64,000 nt of DNA from Felis catus (lineage: Eukaryota). The translations under genes and the position numbers were made by a program. The stretch lies in contig NC_058368.1 in the NCBI RefSeq assembly GCF_018350175.1, positions 121,026,001 through 121,090,000 on the forward strand, given 5' to 3'. Below are positions 35,219 through 46,720 of the stretch, in pieces (positions within the stretch are counted from its first letter, which is position 1; each line of letters starts with the position of its first letter). The notes below the pieces were generated by a model. The model made no database searches. It had not been told where the DNA came from and saw nothing but the letters and a program-made list of their open reading frames with translations.

Positions 35219-37848
35219 TTCAGAGGATGTAGGTTGTTGGGTAGGATGCATTAAGTTTATTTCAGTGTCATAGGGATTTCTAACGTCTCACCTCTGTGAT
35301 CATTTACATGGCCTCTTATTTTTCGAAATGGGCTATTATTCCAAAAGCCTACCAAATGCCGCTGACAAACTGGAAAAAGAAGTCAAAGTTTTGTTCTGGT
35401 TTCTACCATTCATTTTCTCTCCAACACACCTGAAGAATGAGACACTAAGAAAATGAGGAGAGATTATCCTAAAAGACAGAACTCGGGCAGCACAAACAGC
35501 TCAAATACAGTAAGAAGAAGCTCACAGTGGCAGGCTTGTATAAAAAATAAAATTGCTTTGATATTCATCACTGCACTAAGTGGAAAAATTTTCAAATATT
35601 AAAAAAAAAGAAGAATTTCCCCAAGACTTCCCAGTAATGGCCCAATTTTTATCTTAAGCAGATGAATTCCAAATTACTGCCTCTCTTCAAGCTTCCTATT
35701 AGGTAGTGTGCACTTATATTTTGGCTTCCAATCATGGTAAATGCAAACTACTGTCACCTAATTTTCAAACAGTAATACTACCTCATATTACATTTGAAAA
35801 GTACATTTTCAAAATGGTTTCACATAGTAATGGCGTCTAGGTACTAGACTTCTACGATGCAACAGGCAGCGTACTAGGCACTCTATACACACAATCCCAA
35901 ATCGATCCGACCACCTCACAAAGTTAATTCTATAACCTCGTTGTGCAATGAAAAAGAAGGAGCTTTGGAAAAATTGAAAATTATGTAGATGATCAATCAT
36001 TGAGCTAGTAGGTGGTAACACTTGTTCCGTCAAATTCCCAAACCTGTGCTTTTCATACTAAACTCCCTTCCTTGTCTAATCATCACTACACAGAACACCT
36101 GTGCCCAGGTAGCCCCACTTGCCAGGGAAACACCGAGAGGTTCACGCTGCGTTCCATGTCACATAATGCCAAAGTCACCCCCTGCCTTCCCGCTCTCCAA
36201 CCCATGTTCTTTCAGAAGACCAAATCACACTGTGGACAGGTTACATTATAAAAGCCATACTGGTGACAGTTAAGTAGTACTTATGGGTAGACATTAAATG
36301 CTCTCAATTTCTGAGAACCAAACATTACTCTAAATGTAGCTTAGCTTCAACACTGGCCTGGTATATTCCTTTCTGTTGTAGGACACTCATGCATCAGGCA
36401 TCAGGTTTAACTCCTTTATCCGTCCCAGAATCTTCTCATGAATCCCATGAGCAATGAGGCTGATAACATATGGGCACCAGCACCACTGGCCAGGCCTCCA
36501 GCCTGTCCTTGGCTTCCCTGACACTGTCACCAGGCAGTCAGCAGGACATCCTGAAGAAGGGCAGACGTCACCTTCTATGGTTTTTTTTTTCCTTTATTTG
36601 TAAATCATAAAGAGACTGTGCCATAAAAACCCAGCTAGCAGGTCTCATGTCCATGAGTGCCACTATCTGAGGCACACTCCCAGGGGAGTGTATCATTTCA
36701 TGTCCTGGAAGGAGGGTCTCCTCTTCTTGAAGCTGCCAACAGTATATCCTTAAAGTTGGATTTCAAAAACTGCATCAGTGATGTGTTGGGGCCAAGAAGT
36801 GATTCTTGAGCAAATTAGGACAACACAGGTCCCCTGCAAGAGAAAGCAAGTTGGCTTTATCACCTAATAAACAGGTCTCCCCAATCAATACTTATTTGCC
36901 TCTTTTCTAAAGCAACTCTTAAGGGTCACTTGAATTCCATCACTGTGGATAATTCTGGAAGAAACTGCATTTCTGCCTCCTAATGATCTTCGAACAAAGC
37001 CAGCACCTTATTTTATAAAGTCCAGCTACCCAGAGGAGCTGGTTCAAAGGGGAGTTAAGATATAGCTAAAACGGAGGTCTTAATCTTTCCAGCGTGAAGG
37101 AACTCTGCTATGTGATCAAACCTCACCGAGCCGTGTCTCCCCACTGCCAGCGGCAAGAACAAACAGATGTCAGGGCTATTTGTTTTATTCAAAACTGACA
37201 GGAAATCAAAAATCTATCAAACGGATGTGTCAGCAGCAACTCTACAAGCATATTGGTTACTGAGATGTATGTGCCTCCATTTTGGTTCATGATAAAATCA
37301 CCTTCTAAGCTTTCTAATTTTCAAATGCCCACGTGGATACACGGCCAGAGAGTTCTGGGGAGTATCTTTAGGACTGGGCACCATATCCAAGGTGGCCACA
37401 TTCTATGTGAATTTAAATCATGCAAATTTGAAATGTGGTAGGATATAAAAATAGTAAATAATGTCTCCCTATGCGCATTCATGCAAACCACATGGAATGT
37501 TGTTGTTGTTGTTTTTAAGAACTGCAAAATTCCCCAACTGGCAAACTGAGTACACTGACTGTACCCAGCACCTACACTACTGCCACATCACAGTGCTGCT
37601 ACCTTATCTGCCACACAAAATGCTTACATTTCTACTCCATTATGCACGTGCACTGGAACTTCATGAGCAATTTTAATGATCACTGCCTCTGATATTTTAA
37701 CTTGACTGTTGTGATCATTTCAGTGCTTTTTTATGCCTTAAAATAAAATCAGCTGAGTGGTGATGTTAAAGCTAATACAGACAAAATAAACTATTAACTT
37801 TGGCATACAGGTAAGATGTGATCAAATGCAATGTAAAAAAGGCTAAAC

Positions 37849-38063
37849 GGGCGCCTGGGTGGCGCAGTCGGTTAAGCGTCCGACTTCAGCCAGGTCACGA
37901 TCTCGCGGTCCGGGAGTTCGAGCCCCTTGTCGGGCTCTGGGCTGATGGCTCAGAGCCTGGAGCCTGTTTCCGATTCTGTGTCTCCCTCTCTCTCTGCCCC
38001 TCCCCCGTTCATGCTCTGTCTCTCTCTGTCCCAAAAATAAATAAACGTTGAAAAAAAAAATTA
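37849..38063 (+). mobile_element. SINEC_Fc, young
   Basis: Near-consensus; perfect TSD aaaaaaggctaaac at 37835-37848 and 38064-38077. Confidence 0.97.
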
Positions 38064-38132
38064 AAAAAAGGCTAAACAACCACTACCAGGTTCCCTGGTC
38101 TTAATTTAGGAGAGGGCACGCTCACAACCTAC

Positions 38133-38326
38133 AGGACAGAAAGCTTTTTCTTAAAAGACAATAAATGTTTTAAGTTTTGCTGGAGAAGAGCTCTCTGTCA
38201 CAGCTATTCACTCTGCCGTTGCAGCCATAACAAAGCCAGGGGCATAGCTGTGTGCCAATAAAACTTTATTTACAAAAACAGAGAGCAGGTTGGGTTTGGC
38301 CTGAGGGCAACAACTGACTGACCCTT
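38133..38326. mobile_element. MER58A
   Basis: tctctgtcacagctattcactctgccgttg...gctgtgtgccaataaaactttatttacaaaaaca. Confidence 0.82.
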
Positions 38327-38569
38327 CTTCTACAGCCTTAGCCCTGATACCTGCCCCCCTTCCGTTTAATGTGGCATTTTATTGCTCATAAAAACAGTAG
38401 AGTTCCCCCAACCCACAACCATTCTCCCATTTTCCATAGAGCCACTTTTGAAAACAGAAGAAGTCCCATTAAAACAGGCACATTTCAAGCTTGCCAAAAC
38501 TTTGTAATAGTCAAGAAAAAAAGGGAAGCAACAAACTGGCAAAAACACGGCAGCACCACAAAGCCATAA

Positions 38570-38714
38570 AGTGTTGCATGTTACGATTTTTGTGATGCTT
38601 ACGTAACTACACCTATTTGTCAAAACTCACCAAAATGTACACTTGGGATTGGTGAATTTAATTGTACATGCATAATACTTCAATGAAGTGGACATTGAAA
38701 AAAAAAAAAAAAAA
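38570..38714 (+). mobile_element. L1M extreme 3' end with poly(A)
   Basis: atttgtcaaaactcaccaaaatgtacactt...gtgaatttaattgtacatgcataatacttcaat plus A run. Confidence 0.75.
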
Positions 38715-39342
38715 GCTTTAAAGCCTCAGCCACAAGCTCTAATTGGCAGTAACTGTAAATTCATGTGGTAAAAGTATATTCCCCTTACTTTCCATTTACT
38801 GCCCTGAGACACCCGGTCATGAATTACAACAGTCTGAATTAGGTAAATCCTTCAAACACTCTGTTGCATTAAATGCCCTGAATGCAACTGTCCTTCACAG
38901 ACCCTTCACTTGAAAGAGAAGAGCGAGTTGTTACTAGAAACAATAAAGAGCCCTGATCAGCTTTCAACCACAGTAAAAACAAAACAAGCAAACCCACAAG
39001 AACATGCGTATTTGTGACAACAAGTAAGCTTGTTTAATCTGCTCATTTCACTAACAGCATTTTAAATCAAAAACACAAGTTGGTGTGAGTCTCATCTCTG
39101 TTGTTTTCAGTCGTCTTTACACCACTGTGGAGCTTGTCCACATTTAAGCAGGGGGAAAAAAAAAAGCAGTTAAACAACCACCGAGACCCTAAAATCAGGG
39201 AAAAACCACACAAGAAGATCATTCCTCTGATTAATCTAAAGTCAATAGACTGCATGACAACAATTTCAAAACCCCAGCTATTAGCTTCCTTGGTGCCCTT
39301 ATATTTAATCTGTCTTCATTCAGAGATGAGACCTCATTTAGA

Positions 39343-39551
39343 GCAATCGTTCTCAAAGTGTGGTCCCTGGACCAAGAACAGCAGCATCACCTGGAAACCT
39401 GTTAGAAACACAAATCTTAGGACCCGACCCCAGACCTACTTACACAGAAACTGAGAGTGGGGCCCACCGATCTACGCTTAACAAATCCTCCAGAGGATTC
39501 TGAGGTTCAGTGATGTTCCAAAATCATTAACCTGAAGTTTGGAAACCAGCG
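39343..39551. mobile_element. MER5A
   Basis: ttctcaaagtgtggtccctggacc...agcagcatcacctggaaacctgttagaaa...ccccagacctact. Confidence 0.9.
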
Positions 39552-40149
39552 TATAGTTGTAAGTGGAGTCCCTTCCCAGTCTTTCATTTCACTTGGAGCT
39601 GACTTTAGATCCCACCCTCCAGGATAAGAAGGGATCTGCACCCAGGTGCTTTGTGAGCCTCACAAAAATGCTTCATAAAAATGTTCTCCAAGAGCAGAGT
39701 GGATTTAGGAACAGACCATATTTAGATCCCATTTCAACATTTTTTGAGCACCTGCCATGTGCCATGCTTGTGCTAAATGGAATTATCTTATTTAGCCTCC
39801 CCAGTAATGAATAAATCTATTCATAGATCTGCCAGCATGCACTCAGTGCTGAAGTACTTGTACATAAATGTTCATTTTGTTTTTTCTTTGGTTAATTGTT
39901 CTCAAACTTTATTCTAGATCACAATTAGAGTCCAAGGTTGCTTATACAAAACTATGTGTCCTACAATTTTAAGCCAACATAAGGGAAATCTGAGGTAATG
40001 ATGAATTACCCAAGAGAGCGTTTGCTTTACTCAATGGCTTTACCTTCTCTCACATGTTAAAAATTTAACTCCAATAAATTTGGGAAGATGCAAATCCATT
40101 ACACTCATTTATTTTAGGCTTTGGTTCTCTCTTAAATAACTCTGGTCTG

Positions 40150-40371
40150 GGGGCGCCTGGGTGGCTCAGTCGGTTGAGCGTCCGACTTCAGCTCAGGTCA
40201 CGATCTCACGGTTCGTGAGTTCGAGCCCCGCGTCAGGCTCTGGGCTGATGGCTCAGAGCCTGGAGCCTGCTTCCGATTCTGTGTCTCCCTCTCTCTCTCT
40301 GCCCCTCCCCCATTCATGCTCTGTCTCTCTCTGTCTCAAAAATAAATAAACATTAAAAAAAAATTTAAAAA
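40150..40371 (+). mobile_element. SINEC_Fc/Fc2, fairly young
   Basis: Perfect 16-bp TSD aaataactctggtctg at 40134-40149 and 40372-40387. Confidence 0.97.
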
Positions 40372-41112
40372 AAATAACTCTGGTCTGTCCTTTCCACTAT
40401 GGACACCCTTCTTCATGCAGACAATAAAAACTTAAGAAAAAAAAATTAAGCAAGTCTAAACTCCCCCTGCCACCTGTGAACCCTACAGCATTTGTCTTAC
40501 ACTAGAGACGGTATGAGCTCTAGCGCTAGCGCTTTCTCCCATCCTCTGCCCGTGGCCAACATTGCTAATCACTCAGGCACCCTTACCCAGAGCCTGATAT
40601 TATGCTCAAAATGTCAGAATCCTTCTCAATAGCATTTCAGTCAGTCACTGCCAACCAGAGGAAGTATATACATGACTAACAAAATACATTTATTTCACTG
40701 GCCAATCAAAACATGCCCCTTCCTTGTTTTCCTTCCTACTTCAAAGACAGCTTTAACCCTCTCCTTCCATTGTCCCCAGAACAATAAAATTAAGGTTCAG
40801 TTAATCCTGCACCGAAGTCTACAAATCTATGGCACCTTGCAGAGCGTAATCACGCTGGATTGTGCTGAGCGGTTTCAACAATTTGAATGCCGTTGTAACC
40901 CAGCGCGAGGTACAAAACTGCTCTGAAAATCAAAGAACTAAGTAAATGAAGGTACTGAACAGAAAACGAAACACCTGTGAGACAGGATCCTCTGCATATA
41001 ACTGGGAAATGTACAGCATGAACAGCCCAGGGAGGCTGACGCATAATACAGGGCTTAAGAGCCTGAAAACATGGCTGGAGGAAAGAATTCTGATTTTGTT
41101 TTTGGTACTCAC

Positions 41113-41182
41113 TGCGGATTCTTTATTCAGCTAAGGGGGCACCACACTGTTCCTTTAGCAGCATCTCCATTATTCTAATTCC
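41113..41182 (-). other. Candidate non-coding cassette exon (70 nt)
   Basis: Very strong acceptor ttttgatttttctttcttctctctctag|ggaatt; donor ccgca|gtgagt. Confidence 0.5.
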
Positions 41183-41545
41183 CTAGAGAGAGAAGAAAGA
41201 AAAATCAAAATGCAACAAGCACTTTTACATTTATCACAGCCCTTTCCCTCCAAGGAATCCAAGTCATGGCCATAGACTCATTCCAGAAAAGTAGGCTCAT
41301 GGTCATACCTTACATTTTTATAGTATTTTTCTCACCAAGTTCACATACATTTTCTCTACATGTGCTCAGAACTACTCAAGGGAAGTGGGCACAGGAGAGT
41401 TTAGAATCTCCATTTTAAACATAAGAAAGCAGTCCAAGAGAACACAAGTAACTTCTCAAAACACAGGTCCAGCTGCTAAGTGACATTGCCAGAACTGAAA
41501 TAATAATGGTAATAATTAGTGTTTATTGAGCATTTATAAATGTGC

Positions 41546-41990
41546 TGTGCTGGCTGCTCAGGTTTTCACGAGCTCCATCCTGGGCAGTGGCACCATGGAC
41601 ACCCTTCCAGCCTCTCGGCTCCCCTTCCCCACCTGCCAGCACTGTAGGCTGCTGAGGGCACAGAGCCCTCAGCCAAAGGGAGCTGCCTAAACTCAGGTCA
41701 CGTCCCCTCTCCAGGAGCAACCCACATCCAACGACTGGTGGACATAGGGGTCTAAAGGCCCAGCTCTCTTCCCTTAACTCCAGAAACCAGTGAAGGGCAC
41801 TCCATGTCTAGAAGTCCCCATGGGATCAGCTGAGACCTTCACTGCAACATTACCACAGTTCACATTCACCTCCTGCATAATCCTGTCTCCCCTATTCCCC
41901 TGGTAGAGTTGTTTCTGAGGGCCCTGTCCAGTAACCCTCTGCACAAAAGTCTCCGTCTCAGAGTCTGTGTCTGGAGAGCTGGCCTCGGAT
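41546..41990 (+). mobile_element. ERVL solo LTR (LTR16/LTR33 group) inserted in a MIR
   Basis: cccacatccaacgactgg...aaaggcccag...gaagggc...gctgagacct...tctccgtctcagagtctgtg; MIR halves at about 41505-41545 and 41995-42150. Confidence 0.7.
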
Positions 41991-42466
41991 GCCTTATTTA
42001 ATACACACAAAACCCCAGAACAAGCACAATTCTTACTTCCATTTTACAGATGAAGAAACAGTAACTCCAAGAGGTTTAAGCAATTTTCCCAAAGTCATAC
42101 ATCTGTTGAGCAATAAAGCAGGGCAAGAACACAGGCACTCTCTTCGGGCTTCAGAGGCCCCCCTGACCCTTCCCACGTGCTCACTCTGTGACTGCACATG
42201 CCGACCTGTCACCCACCAGCCAGTCGAAGTCAACTCCGGAGGAAAGAGGAAAGCAGATATTCCCTCCCTTCTCCTTCAAGACCAAGTTGTGCAGACAAGA
42301 GGATAAATCTTCAGACAGAAAGACAGGGTGATGGTGTAATTATGAACAAAGGTTTTAAGGAAGTCAGAGCTGGATCTGGTGGAATGGAAGTCACTGTTCT
42401 CAGGGATGGGAAAGGAGCTTACAGGGAACACTAATGACCCAAGCTAACCTAAAACACAGGTCCCCA

Positions 42467-42701
42467 GGGGCGCCTGGGTGGCTCAGTCAGTTAAGCGTCC
42501 GACTTTGGCTCAGGTCATGATCTCACGGTCCGTGAGTTCGAGCCCCGCATCGGGCTCTGTGCTGACCACTCAGAGCCTGGAGCCTGTTTCAGATTCTGTG
42601 TCTCCCTCTCTCTCTGACCCTCCCCCCGTTCATGCTCTGTCTCTTTCTGTCTCAAAAATAAATAAACGTTACAATATCAATCAATCAATCAATAAATAAA
42701 T
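42467..42701 (+). mobile_element. SINEC_Fc2 inserted in a MER5-like element (about 42440-42828)
   Basis: TSD aaacacaggtcccca; right flank tttaacaagcacccaggtgattctcatgatcagg...aaacactg. Confidence 0.95.
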
Positions 42702-44096
42702 AAACACAGGTCCCCAGGCCCCTCACAGAAGACTCTGACTTAATAGGACTCAAGCAGGCCCCAGAGCTCTGTACCTTTAACAAGCACCCAGGTGATTCTC
42801 ATGATCAGGCAGGTCCCGAAAAACACTGAGTGAGCCACAAGAGAAAGACAGGGGCTTCCTACCAGGGATTTATTCTGCACCACAGCAAGAAGGGAGCCTC
42901 TAGAGAAGACCATAAAATATACTGAGTACCAAAGTACACAAAACAAAATGTAACGTTTCCTTGAGGTTTCAGATGGTCCTTTAGATTGTGGCTAGCCATC
43001 GCCACAAACACTGCCACTGTCCTGCAAGAAAAAAGCACCAAAGGATGCAGATCGAATGCTAGGAGCACAGAGAGAGGTAAACTAAAGCAGCAAGCTCCAA
43101 GACCAGGAGCACTGCTATCAGGGTGGAGAGAGGCGGATCCTGGTCACAGCCCTGCCGGGAATTCTTCTGGGTACCTCAGGTGCATCACTTTTACCAAGGA
43201 GTAACCGAGATCGGACAGCTCAGGGGACAGCAAGGCCGAACAGGGACTGAACAGGAACTGGTAGAGAAATTCACAGAGGCACATACAGATTCCCAAACCC
43301 TGCTGAGACCCACACAATCAGAATTTCCAGTTGTGGTTCTGAAGCACAACTGATTCATCTACTAGAACTTGTAAATGGCAGCCTGACATCACCTCCAAGA
43401 TCCCTTCCAACTCTGCCAGTCTGGGGATGGATGGAATAGTCCTCCTTAATCATTTTGGAAGACACGGTACACCCTGCAATCCCGCAAAGAATTAGAAAAG
43501 AAATGAAGGAGCAAGTGGGGGAGGGAGGGGGGGAATGAAACCACTAGTGGAATAAAATGTAATTGAATTCTTACCCTAAGATCTGAATTGCCCTCATTCT
43601 ACTCTCTTCAATCATCAACAGATTCACTCAACAAATATTACACACCTACTGTGCACACCAGAGATTAAATAGTGAACCAACAAGACAAAACCCCTGTATG
43701 GAGCATACAGTCTAGTAGATCTTACTTCCCTTATTTCCATTTGTTTGTTTCAACAAAACCCCAAACAATAATTAAATGCCTTCCCTCCATTTTCAGGAAG
43801 AATAAAAACGGCCACAATAATTCCGTTTCAACCTTCTTTTTGCAGAGTGGGCCCATATATCTGGTGGTGTGTTTTTAAAACCAGAAAAGCACAGTCCCTC
43901 CTTCGGAAGTGAGCGCTGGTGAACTCTCCCCATCCGTCTAAATTAAGAACGCCACCACTTACTGAGCTGAACACTAATTGACATAAGTGAAGACTTTGAG
44001 GTTTGCCTTGGGAATTGAAAGACATTATTTATTGAATCAATTATGTTCACAATGTGACAGTTGATTTTTCTTTCCCTTTTTTCCCCTCTCTCATAC

Positions 44097-44162
44097 CACT
44101 TTAGTCTTTTTAAGCAGAACAGTTAGAAATAGAAGGTGGAGAACAGGGGCAGAGAGAGAGAC
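44097..44162 (-). other. ZBTB38: Non-coding 5'-UTR exon candidate (66 nt)
   Basis: Strong acceptor tttttttttttttaattcactttatag|gtctct; donor aaagtg|gtatga. An alternative donor tca|gtaagt at 43963 would give a 200-nt exon. Confidence 0.55.
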
Positions 44163-44347
44163 CTATAAAGTGAATTAAAAAAAAAAAAACCTAACAGGGA
44201 GGCCAAACCATTATTTAGTACCTCTCTTTAGTAAGGAGGTACCAAATAAAAGCCCAATCGATAAGAGCCCTTTCAAATAAAGTTCCAGTGCTTAAAACTC
44301 AACCCCTAGGAGATCAGGCTTAAAGAGGCTAAATTTACCCCACTTAC

Positions 44348-44360
44348 CACACAATGATGC
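44348..44360 (-). other. Candidate 13-nt microexon
   Basis: cttaatgtttgttctgcatttcag|gcatcattgtgtg|gtaagt: branch-like CTTAAT, pyrimidine tract, CAG and a canonical GTAAGT. Confidence 0.35.
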
Positions 44361-44976
44361 CTGAAATGCAGAACAAACATTAAGTGAATCCACCTTTATA
44401 GAGATGGCTTAAAAGCTTTTTGGACTGACAAACCATAAACCAGCATGATTTTATTATTCCTTTCCCCTCTGAGATCTTTTTTTCTCTCTATTACAAGGCT
44501 ATCTTTTGCTATTTGCCAATGTACAGATGAGTGAGTGAGCCCTCACAGTCCCATTTCCCTAACACCAGCACTGGGCTGTCCAAGTGCATCCTTGTACCCC
44601 CATAAAGGCCTCCCAGAATCCCACAGATTCAAAACACTTCCCAGATCCCCCACTCTAAGAGTCTCTGAGAAATAGCTGATTATTGAGGAAAACAAAAAGC
44701 TTGTCTGAAGAGGAACCAGAATAAATTGGAACTAAAGGCGGCCAGATCCAGACAATATATGTATTTTGTTATCTAACTGATACCTCCTGAGGAAGCTCTG
44801 ATTTACCTAGGAGGTCCCAAAGAGAGTAATATTAGGCTTCATAAAAATTGTAAAGTTCTAAAGCAGTTCTCAAAAGACACATCTGTGGGGAGCTCTTAAA
44901 ACAAGAATTGCTCACTTAATTATCACCATGATAAAAGATGGGTGCATAATTTGCCTCACAAAAGGTACCTGATGTT

Positions 44977-45191
44977 GGGGCACCTGGATGGCTCAGTTGG
45001 TTAAGCATCTGACTTCGGCTCAGGTCATGATCTCATTGCTTGTGAGTTCAAGCCCCACGTCGGGCTGGTAGCTCAGGGACTGGAGCCTGCTTCAGATTCT
45101 GTGTCTCTGTCTCTCATTCCCTCTCTCTGCCCCTCCCCTCCTCACTCTCTGTCTCTCAAAAATAAATTTAAAATTTTTTTTAAATTGAAAA
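44977..45191 (+). mobile_element. SINEC_Fc2-like
   Basis: TSD aaaaggtac(c/t)tgatgtt. Confidence 0.94.
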
Positions 45192-45403
45192 AAAAGGTAC
45201 TTGATGTTGATGGATTATAAGATGGATAAACTGATTACTTTTGAATGCCAAGCTGATGAATCTGAATGTTACAATGACCGTGTAATCTGCCTAGTAGTTA
45301 GCATTCTTGAAAGTGCAGTGGAAAAGGCCAGAATAACAAGGGCTGCCAGAGAAGATGAAAGAACAGAACAAGGAAAGAATGAAAGTATGGAAAAAAAAAA
45401 GGC

Positions 45404-45428
45404 GGGGGGGGGGGGCGGGGGGCGGGGG
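45404..45428 (+). repeat. G-rich tract (G12-C-G6-C-G5)
   Basis: ggggggggggggcggggggcggggg directly after A10. Confidence 0.9.
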
Positions 45429-45659
45429 AGAATGATGTGAGAATAACTGACCAGCAAACGTGGTACTTAAAACGGTTTCTGAAGAATCTGGATTAGCCAA
45501 GAGGGGTTTAGAAAGTGCAAAGTCAAATGCTGAAATTTGTATTATAAAACTCACTTTTTGATAAAAAGATTTATATAAAGTTTACTTCCCTTTTTTTATT
45601 CTTTTTTTTTTTCATTCAATTGATTTACATCAAACTTTCTTTGAATCTCTTCATTTACT

Positions 45660-46320
45660 TTGTGTAGAACCCTATTCAAACCTTCAGTCGTGTCCCATTG
45701 CTCTTATAATAAATCCACACTCACTATCATGGCTGCAAGGCTTTCCAACTCAGCTCACTGCCCTGCAGATACACAGGTCTGCTTTCGGTTCATGCAACAA
45801 GCTCACTTCCTCTCTCTTCCAGGCACTTCCCTCTGGCAGGAACACCCCCAGATCTTCCAGCGGCCAGAGCTCTCAACTCACCCAGCACCTCCTCAGAGAC
45901 AACCCTGACTGCCCTAGGTCAGCCTGGCCACAGTGTGGATCACAACTTGGTCCTACTGTCTTTATAGCATTCATCACTATAAAAAAATTATCATGCTTTT
46001 AAAAATATTTCGTACTTTTGGGGCGCCTGGGTGGCTCAGTCAGTTAAGCGTCCAACTTCGGCTCAGGTCATGATCTCGTGGTTTGTGAGTTCAAGCCCTG
46101 CATTGGGCTTTGTGCTGACAGCTCAGAGCCTGGAGCCTGCTTCGGATTCTGTGTCTCCTTCTCTCTCTGCCCCTACCCCGCTCATGCTCTGTCTCTCTCT
46201 CTCTCTCTTTCAAAAATAAATAAAAATTAAAAAAAATATTTTGTACTGTCTGCCACCCTCCCTTCCCCCAGTAGAAAGTAGGCTCCAGGAGACACCTGGC
46301 CAGTGGGCATCATCTATGAA
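45660..46320 (+). mobile_element. L2 3' portion interrupted by a SINE
   Basis: ttcaaaccttcagtc...tcccattgctcttataataaatcc...tttatagcattcatcact...agtagaaagtaggctcc. Confidence 0.7.
46020..46231 (+). mobile_element. SINEC_Fc2-like
   Basis: Full body; TSD aaaaatattt(c/t)gtact. Confidence 0.95.
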
Positions 46321-46454
46321 AAAAGGAAAGGGAGGAATCTGAATCCAGTTTTCTCATCAAAAGGTAAGAAAAACACTGCTCAGAGCTTCTCCAGGAAGAC
46401 ATCTTTTGCCCAATAAAGCATCTTTTAATCTGATGTTGTTTAATTCTTTTATAT

Positions 46455-46720
46455 ATAGAACTTCCTCATCTGTAAAACTGGGGTAACATCAAACAATAAT
46501 AATAATCGACATTATTGGCAAATACTGAATGCCAAGCACTGTGCTGAGTGCTTTACTGCCATTGGCTTTGTTTATTCTATCCGCCTTAGAGGATTATCAT
46601 CTTTTTTTTTTATACGAGATCTGAAGCTCAGAAAAATTAAGCATCCAGACCAAAATCACACAGTAACTAAGAAGCAAAGAGTCTCAATTTAACCCAAAGC
46701 AATCAGGATTGAGAGTCCAG
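46455..46720. mobile_element. MIR fragments in both orientations
   Basis: ttcctcatctgtaaaactgggg; tgccaagcactgtgctgagtgcttt...ctgaagctcagaaaaattaag. Confidence 0.7.

Noticed and set aside
40540..40680. Possible old DNA-transposon fragment
   Set aside because: The resemblance is too weak for me to name or bound it.
41155..41175. tagcagca resembling the miR-15/16 seed
   Set aside because: The rest does not match any family member and there is no hairpin partner.
2890..46219. Recurrent ORFs of the MAQSV...AQVMIS...SLEPASDSVSPSLS type and their reverse-strand equivalents
   Set aside because: They are translations of SINEC elements, not a gene family.
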